Virus record (IMG/VR): IMGVR_UViG_3300047453_000251
Span: 1 to 29,433 of that record
Reading direction: 5' to 3' (one strand)
From: a virus
Lineage: Duplodnaviria; Caudoviricetes
DNA length: 29,433 nucleotides
Position numbers and translations under genes: made by a program. Under the pieces are notes generated by a model. It made no database searches, had not been told where the DNA came from, and saw only the letters and a program-made list of their open reading frames with translations. Below are positions 26,901 to 29,433 of the stretch, in pieces. Positions within the stretch are counted from its first letter, which is position 1. Each line of letters starts with the position of its first letter.

Positions 26901-29432
26901 ATAAACCTTAGAACCTTCTGATAATACAACTGCTGTTGAAGGACGAATGTCTGTACTTTCAACATTGTCAAATATAACTTTAGCTCTTGTTCTAATAACA
27001 ACTGACTCGCCACCATATAACTGTTGTGCTAGTCCGCCTGTTGCACTAGTACTATCTGATGTTTGGTTACTAAATGTAATTTTCCAAACAGCACCATTGC
27101 CACCTTTTAGAGGAAGTCCACTAGTATCAGAACTACTGTCAATAGTATTAATAGTTATGTTGTCAGTAAATTCTGTTGTGTCTGTGTTAGAATATACATC
27201 TGTAATTTTAATTTTATCACTAGTATTAAACAATGCCGCTGGACTGTCTGCTTGTGATATAAACAATGTTGTTCCACCAACTACTACACCGTCAACATTA
27301 CTTGTTCTTTGTGGTCTAACTACTTTACCAATAGCACCTGTAGTTTCTTGTGTAACTGTATCACCATAGTGTGCTTTAACTGCACCACTAAGTGTAAACT
27401 CTTGTTGGTTAACTGCTGGAATTAAATCTTCTACTATTGCTGGTATAACATTTACAACTTCATATTTTCTTACATCAGTGCCTGCTTCGTCTGCTGGTAT
27501 AATAGCACCTAACGTTGATAAAGATCCTGAGAAGTTTCTAGCACTTGTTAGTGCCGCATCTGAGAATATTGTAAATGTATTTGCATCAACTCTATTAATA
27601 TAGTGATCGTCATTTAGTCCTGTAACACCTACAGTATTTTCGATTGTAACCTTAGTACCAGTTTCGTATCCGTGTCCAGTAACTTCAACAGTATTTGTTC
27701 CTGTAAATGAAACTAGTGCAGTTCTTTCTGCAAAGGTAATATCAATTTCACCTTCTGGTAAAGGAATAAAGTCTGTATCGTAAACATACACATAGTTTTG
27801 TTGTTCTTCTGCTTCAAACTGTGCTGATTCGTTTCTATATACTTTAGCAGTTTGTACAGTGTTGTATGCTAGTTCACCGCTTTGTGGAACTTCGTTAGGG
27901 TCACTACCTGCCGCAACTAAACCAAAGTTACCATAAGCATTTGAACCACCTACGGATCTAATTTCAGAACCGTTGTTTGCATAGTATGCCGCATGACAGT
28001 AGTATGTGAACATACCAACCATCTCTGATAAACCTGTGTTAGTAACAAGTAGACCGTAACCTAAGTCGTTAATTTGTGTAAAGTCATTACCTAACTGTGA
28101 TCTGTTACCAGCTGTTTGTAATACTGTTGTATAGTTTTCACTTTGTCCGTACTGTGGAGTTCTTACATCATTAACTAGTGTATAATGTGTAACTGGACCT
28201 TCCCAGCCTAAGCCGTTTCCGTTACCATCTTTAACACCTGAGTTGTCATCTAGTATAAGTTCACAAGTACCGTTTTCTTGATCATGGTTAATAATTGAGT
28301 TAACTTGGTAACGTATACCGTTTACATAAAATGGTGCTGGAACTTCAGGACGTCTTACAAATAAACCGTGTCCTACACCTACGCCATTAACTTGAACTTG
28401 TGAGCGTTTACTTCTTGCAAACAATCTAAAGTTGTTACCATTTTTACGACCTACAATTTCTAATGGCATGTTACCGTTAAATCCATCAACAAACATACCA
28501 CCTCTAAATGCTTGCTTGTTAACTGATTGTGAGAAACTTGAACCTGTTTGGATATATGGTGACTTAGTAAGAATTTGACCTGCAGGGTCAAGCACTGTCA
28601 TAAATCCACCGTGTCCTTGTACAGTACAGTTACGTATAATTGTAGCATCGTTCATTAAGAACACATCCATGTCTCTGTTGTGTATTGGTGGATTGTATTC
28701 TGGATTGAAAGCGTATGTTATTGTGTTAATAAGGTTAGTTACTACACCACTTGAACCATCTTCAGCCGCCGCAAAGTTAGTTTTCCAAGTTGTTAGTACT
28801 GTTCCGTTTGGCTCTTGTATGCCTGCAACATTAAGTAAACTTTCACAAACAGTAGCAATTCTACTGATTGCTTGTGTTGTAATTTCTTCTTGTCCAACTT
28901 CTACTGCGCCTTCGTAGTACAAGCCTTGGACTTGCATTGATGCATCGTTACGACCTTTGGTTAAGTCATTTGCAAGTGCATCTACAATGTATCCAATATC
29001 TCTTTTACACTTAGTAGTAAAACTAAACTTACCTACGTTAACACTTTCTGGAACTCCTGCCGCACCATGCGATCCTGATTCGCTACCTGTTAATTGGTTA
29101 GCAGTATTGAATATTGTTGTTGGCGATACAAGTACAACTGTTGTTTTACCTGCGGCGTTAATTGGATCATCTTTAACTTTACCACTAGCACCTGTAGTTG
29201 CCTGTGTCATTGTTTCGCCTTTAACAGCCGTTACTGTTCCAGTGAATACAATAGTTGTTTCTGCCCAAGTACCAAAGCCTGCTGTTTGTGCCGCTGTTGC
29301 TTGGATGTCCATCCAATCATATATATCTTCTTGTATATTGATTTTGTTTTCTGCTAAAATTAAACTTGCGTTAATTCTGTTGCCTAAGTTGTTAACACTT
29401 AATGCACTGTTTGTATTAATTGGTTTGCGTGA
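20922..29432 (-). CDS. Giant tail fibre/spike-like protein (>2830 aa, 5' end outside the window) with C-terminal intramolecular-chaperone-like domain
   Basis: Frame stays open from 29312 to the window edge; G/T/S/N-rich; KCKRDIGYIVDA, DATTKQYVD, DLSEGTNLYYT; C-terminal ADLAEKY...VAGVVST...GRVPCKV (Peptidase_G2-like). Confidence 0.8.
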   Translation of the reverse strand, partial: SRKPINTNSALSVNNLGNRINASLILAENKINIQEDIYDWMDIQATAAQTAGFGTWAETTIVFTGTVTAVKGETMTQATTGASGKVKDDPINAAGKTTVVLVSPTTIFNTANQLTGSESGSHGAAGVPESVNVGKFSFTTKCKRDIGYIVDALANDLTKGRNDASMQVQGLYYEGAVEVGQEEITTQAISRIATVCESLLNVAGIQEPNGTVLTTWKTNFAAAEDGSSGVVTNLINTITYAFNPEYNPPIHNRDMDVFLMNDATIIRNCTVQGHGGFMTVLDPAGQILTKSPYIQTGSSFSQSVNKQAFRGGMFVDGFNGNMPLEIVGRKNGNNFRLFARSKRSQVQVNGVGVGHGLFVRRPEVPAPFYVNGIRYQVNSIINHDQENGTCELILDDNSGVKDGNGNGLGWEGPVTHYTLVNDVRTPQYGQSENYTTVLQTAGNRSQLGNDFTQINDLGYGLLVTNTGLSEMVGMFTYYCHAAYYANNGSEIRSVGGSNAYGNFGLVAAGSDPNEVPQSGELAYNTVQTAKVYRNESAQFEAEEQQNYVYVYDTDFIPLPEGEIDITFAERTALVSFTGTNTVEVTGHGYETGTKVTIENTVGVTGLNDDHYINRVDANTFTIFSDAALTSARNFSGSLSTLGAIIPADEAGTDVRKYEVVNVIPAIVEDLIPAVNQQEFTLSGAVKAHYGDTVTQETTGAIGKVVRPQRTSNVDGVVVGGTTLFISQADSPAALFNTSDKIKITDVYSNTDTTEFTDNITINTIDSSSDTSGLPLKGGNGAVWKITFSNQTSDSTSATGGLAQQLYGGESVVIRTRAKVIFDNVESTDIRPSTAVVLSEGSKVYRSLAFNEQAISSWGDTADQTLPSGFNLVTFDDNYKYILATVAKSKFESQVKLTLGAGVAVTRGDVVTQGSASGVVTESQAGATVIYLSDWNGTSFTTSSITINATSTTVTDIVEFSNTTTFGATAGDTKVALTSPVTDADSLGRLNSGSMIFGWKDRVHVVVAYHDGEGNTQGTPAAGTQLTGFPYFEVGAAALVDKNTQVNPTPPGTGIARPLDIGSTQQVVLSVGAQDGIGASITVNISLNRATGHDFSNIGTGGFNTSNYPNILFGNPSEAKAEAYTNSDVAEKSQVWERGKGRVFVMSTDEDGFFRVGKFFEVDQGTGTVKFAAQINISGLDGLGFRDGETISKFTGDNGMSPIDNSTVPTSYAVEQYIDRRLGFDRNMNVKAALLGDGFLPQKNPILTITRDSNNNPNHTLNMQSGRLVQLADPTDDLDATTKQYVDKRVFANDEVQELKDIELNDISFEDDYGKNDLLVLTGNRRVYVKQTIGNPDDWRIGQLITGVASETAAYIEDLEAKTLDNGEEIYVLTYSPLQITSIQTSGANNNLTAQRGFTVTQSGTGATGEILWEQDQSTTNENRQVTQGNEIRLINTTGTFVAGNSANVLTITDLFGTAVSTTVYPLSITIPTVSDFSNEKIENTDGAYGNTTGGFDGAVVTTTLEFANASESNLSGDGVPGSTTRSDVNIAVERIRGTMDSNGQLLDPGSTKVNLQLQAQSIINADVNNEADIIQSKLDMNNAPVLTNSNNFEDASTAGQRTKQANQGLAAFNADVFAEDQIWTLQGADVTAFIASLAVNDVITQTAGAKEAYVVATDTGVNQIKVRVSTAFTIGNAGANRLTRISINQSDYTQDADAQSNTTINTILNTGFINVKDRGITFDKIQDLPEKTLIGRADVDFDGEQEGAGESGIARAIPFSLVVDEGGGLQDKDFNDSVLTKVSGTIIVTTGELTLPDGTNITQVGNTGATGTIQGAVNTENELVLVDTAGTFNTTGQLQIVSGSALGTQSVPTSVITSQNLLGSALVKIRDGVYGSSIISKTGSDDSIVRTLKNGDTISGVDNTLNLGGWINPRGLLVDSRRVLDTQSDTLSIYTPNDHLSIQIEGTAPSANTPLSDKSTVSIPNASVQIGSTTILKDPINYGGFAGNFQQNTEGPTQSNSEPYLVTPWVYTNYIQAPGELTSEGTGISIGAGGRHTGVKEIGLVVAGYTDAFKVKETEILLGTNEVTRVKILNGSTSVYNSFNIVDGTDVKFSVAGNTGNTSIVGTLGVSEAVTANAGITVDDSVFDGNKISRTNGDFEIETVTVAPGTGGDIILNPAGENVIFKDGTDERLNFATTEDAQELTTQGAFTIDVNGTEKAFTVEATGNIVLDAELDIELNANGGDVVIKDATADIFKFANTANGLNLDYLEQDKILSIRGNDAGTMFDALTFDMENDGNAQFSNNVLIDNDLTVTGNVAFNGNIELGNAVTDTITTNAIITDEVLELRLDDNGAAGFNLKFQKTTDNVAGGDDLGVITFQSNGAVSTTLDQIKSTITANATEVTNSGERSNIVFATASGVSTTANRLVISDTITSSANIVANNTETLGTSGTPWSKAYVTDNYGTHHGDIKDSSGNVIVDVGTVLAGSDANASVFYGKFNGPLTGGVDTAGVADTLQSSQEDGTATDADVYPLWVTSNPAHTSRTGHAAFTTANFKLNPSNGNLTLNGQLGADTINIGSSNLSSIGLLTADIYASDGTSKILEAGTDGDDATFTGDVTGQVSSLSNHDTADLSEGTNLYYTDTRVSTYLSNNNYATTTDVANAVSNGASANIAVSNTNSSASDYFITFTDSNGASQSLSIDKDGGNGLKYRPSDSTLTATNFSGTASSANFADLAEKYVGDQAYEPGTVLVFGGDNEVTICTAKGDRKVAGVVSTDPAYLMNNALKGDTVVELALTGRVPCKVIGTVEKGDMLVTSAIPGYAMVDNDPKLGTVIGKAVESKDSDGKGVIEVVVGRM

Positions 29433-29433
29433 G

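Larger units (their letters stand above)
1..29433. mobile_element. Segment of a large lytic dsDNA myophage (T4-like/jumbo) genome
   Basis: Baseplate and tail-fibre genes, endolysin plus spanins, RFC-type clamp loader, thyX, phoH, T4-type late promoter motifs, dense co-oriented overlapping genes, no integrase or host flank. Confidence 0.93.

Noticed and set aside
579-29357. Numerous + strand and nested ORFs in the track (e.g. 2322-2711, 5177-5515, 26122-26646)
   Set aside because: Antisense or off-frame shadows of well-supported genes, with no recognisable motifs
1-29433. Stop-codon reassignment as seen in some jumbo phages
   Set aside because: TAG, TGA and TAA all terminate full-length conserved genes (phoH and clamp loader TAG, thyX and sufB TGA), and long ORFs are uninterrupted
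1-29433. tRNA, CRISPR array, intron, intein or DGR
   Set aside because: Intergenic gaps are too small, and no cloverleaf, repeat-spacer pattern, RT or splice motifs were seen by eye; sufB, a known intein host, has normal length

Overview
AT-rich fragment of a large T4-like/jumbo myophage genome, almost all transcribed on the minus strand. In transcription order (right to left): a giant tail-fibre-like gene running off the window end, baseplate/structural genes, a stand-alone DnaE (Pol III alpha) half-palm fragment, 2OG-Fe(II) oxygenase, GroES-like co-chaperonin and MazG-like pyrophosphohydrolase. A consensus sigma70 promoter then heads a nearly gap-free run of DEDDh exonuclease, SutA-like peptide, RFC-type clamp loader, FdxA ferredoxin, ThyX and dCMP deaminase, ending in an overlapping Fe-S assembly cassette sufB-grxD-sufC-mini sufD-sufS-sufE. 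Further left are phoH (the only + strand gene), two conserved hypotheticals, a GH19 endolysin with i/o-spanins (Gram-negative host), a cluster of small membrane ORFs and a truncated J-domain gene. Repeated (G/A/T)ATAAATA late-promoter-like motifs precede structural and lysis genes. The standout is the apparently complete but remodelled phage SUF system. Family assignments are from motif recognition by eye; no searches were run.
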